Origin: Thermoplasmatota archaeon
Lineage (GTDB): Archaea; Thermoplasmatota; E2; JACPAO01; JAHFTW01
DNA length: 64,000 nt
Assembly: GCA_038046725.1 (NCBI GenBank)
Contig: JBBSVQ010000001.1
Span: forward strand, 187,780 to 251,779
Direction of reading: 5' to 3'
The notes beneath the pieces are model-generated. The model saw only the letters and a program-made list of their open reading frames with translations. It ran no database searches and was not told where the DNA came from. The position numbers were made by a program, and so were the translations under genes. This document shows, in pieces, positions 63,255 to 64,000 of the stretch. Every line of letters starts with the position of its first letter. The first letter of the stretch is position 1.

Positions 63255-64000
63255 ATGCCTGGTATCAGGGTGGTCGAGCTCTTCGCCGGCGTCGGCGGCT
63301 TCAGGCTTGGCCTCGACCGGACGAACGGCCCGTTCGAGACCGTCTGGTGGAACCAGTGGGAACCCGCAACCAAGGTCCAGCATGCGTGGGCCTGCTACGC
63401 CCGCCGGTTCCACGGCGACGTCTCCGCCGCGCCCCCCTTCAGCAACACCGACGTCACCAAGGTCCCCGTCGACGCCGTCCCGCAGCACGACCTCCTTGTC
63501 GGCGGGTTCCCCTGCCAAGACTACAGCGTGGCCACCACGCTCGACAAGGCCGGCGGACTCCAAGGAAAGAAGGGTGTGCTGTGGTGGGAGATCAAGCGCA
63601 TCCTCGACGCCCGCAAGCCTCGCTACGTCCTGCTTGAGAACGTGGACCGGCTGCTCAAGTCGCCTGCAAGCCAAAGAGGGCGGGACTTCGGCGTCCTGCT
63701 CGCATGCCTGCGGGACTTGGGTTACGTCGTGGAGTGGCGTGTTGTCAATGCAGCCGACTATGGCAACCCCCAGCGCCGCCGACGCGTGTTCATCTTCGCC
63801 GCCCGCGACAACAGTGGCCTAGGCAAGAGCATCGCCCGCAAGGCGCACCGCAGCAACTACCTCTTCACAGAAGGGCTGTTCGCCAAAGCCTTCCCCACGG
63901 ACTTCGAGCCCTTCGCCGTCGAGGAAGAAGAAGGGGAGCTTTTCGACAACGACGTCCGCGAAGTGAGCGCGTCGTTCCACCACCTGTTCCAGAACGCCGG
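63255..64000 (+). CDS. dcm: DNA (cytosine-5)-methyltransferase, partial (runs off window end)
   Basis: Motif I ...VVELFAGVGGFRLGL..., motif IV ...LLVGGFPCQDYSVA..., motif VI ...YVLLENVDRLL..., motif VIII ...QRRRRVFIFAAR.... Confidence 0.85.
   Translation, partial: MPGIRVVELFAGVGGFRLGLDRTNGPFETVWWNQWEPATKVQHAWACYARRFHGDVSAAPPFSNTDVTKVPVDAVPQHDLLVGGFPCQDYSVATTLDKAGGLQGKKGVLWWEIKRILDARKPRYVLLENVDRLLKSPASQRGRDFGVLLACLRDLGYVVEWRVVNAADYGNPQRRRRVFIFAARDNSGLGKSIARKAHRSNYLFTEGLFAKAFPTDFEPFAVEEEEGELFDNDVREVSASFHHLFQNA

Noticed and set aside
1-64000. CRISPR arrays, rRNA and tRNA genes
   Set aside because: No regularly spaced short direct repeats with unique spacers were seen. The non-coding stretches (23.6, 29.5, 37.4, 39.0, 40.1, 42.8-43.2, 44.3 kb) lack cloverleaf or rRNA signatures on inspection. 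A tRNA scan was not run, so a tRNA cannot be excluded absolutely.

Overview
This 64-kb window is a high-GC (about 65-70%) segment that is probably archaeal: it carries an archaeal/eukaryal-type FEN-1, a halocyanin-like cupredoxin, and NikR/ArsR/Lrp-type regulators. Positions 0-23.6 kb hold mostly core metabolism: acyl-CoA thioesterase, DUF72, isocitrate dehydrogenase, ammonium transporter Amt, aldo/keto reductase, FEN-1, an SQR/NDH-2-like flavoprotein, a GT4 glycosyltransferase plus HAD-IIB phosphatase pair, a stand-alone RAM domain, a GNAT-nitrilase fusion, a CPA antiporter, and a ROK sugar kinase next to a GH15 glucoamylase. Positions 23.6-40.3 kb are an accessory envelope and metal region: a halocyanin-like protein, two tandem DUF4382 lipoproteins, a PHB-depolymerase-type esterase, two paralogous small-membrane-protein plus double-wHTH modules, a ZIP/CDF/NikR-like metal module with a His-rich micro-ORF, a partly duplicated regulator pseudogene, three small K/R-rich paralogous genes that share a 35-bp upstream motif, and a dispersed ~106-bp repeat family. 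Positions 40.4-42.8 kb encode a multi-TM PAS sensor histidine kinase, and 43.2-44.2 kb is an IS5-family IS whose transposase needs a -1 frameshift and which has 8-bp target duplications. Positions 44.4-64 kb form a lower-GC defence island. It contains an unknown HTH/168-aa/595-aa module, a five-gene minus-strand operon (small protein, DUF1828/1829-like, GHKL ATPase, K/P-rich-tailed protein, PLD-SNF2 helicase fusion) that I cannot assign to any described system, a divergent Type III R-M with an EVE/PUA-like gene between mod and res, a PARIS-like ABC-ATPase plus Toprim pair, and a C5-cytosine methyltransferase that runs off the window end. I saw no rRNA, tRNA or CRISPR array. Most long ORFs in the track that overlap these calls are Arg/Pro-rich antisense artefacts of the high GC content.
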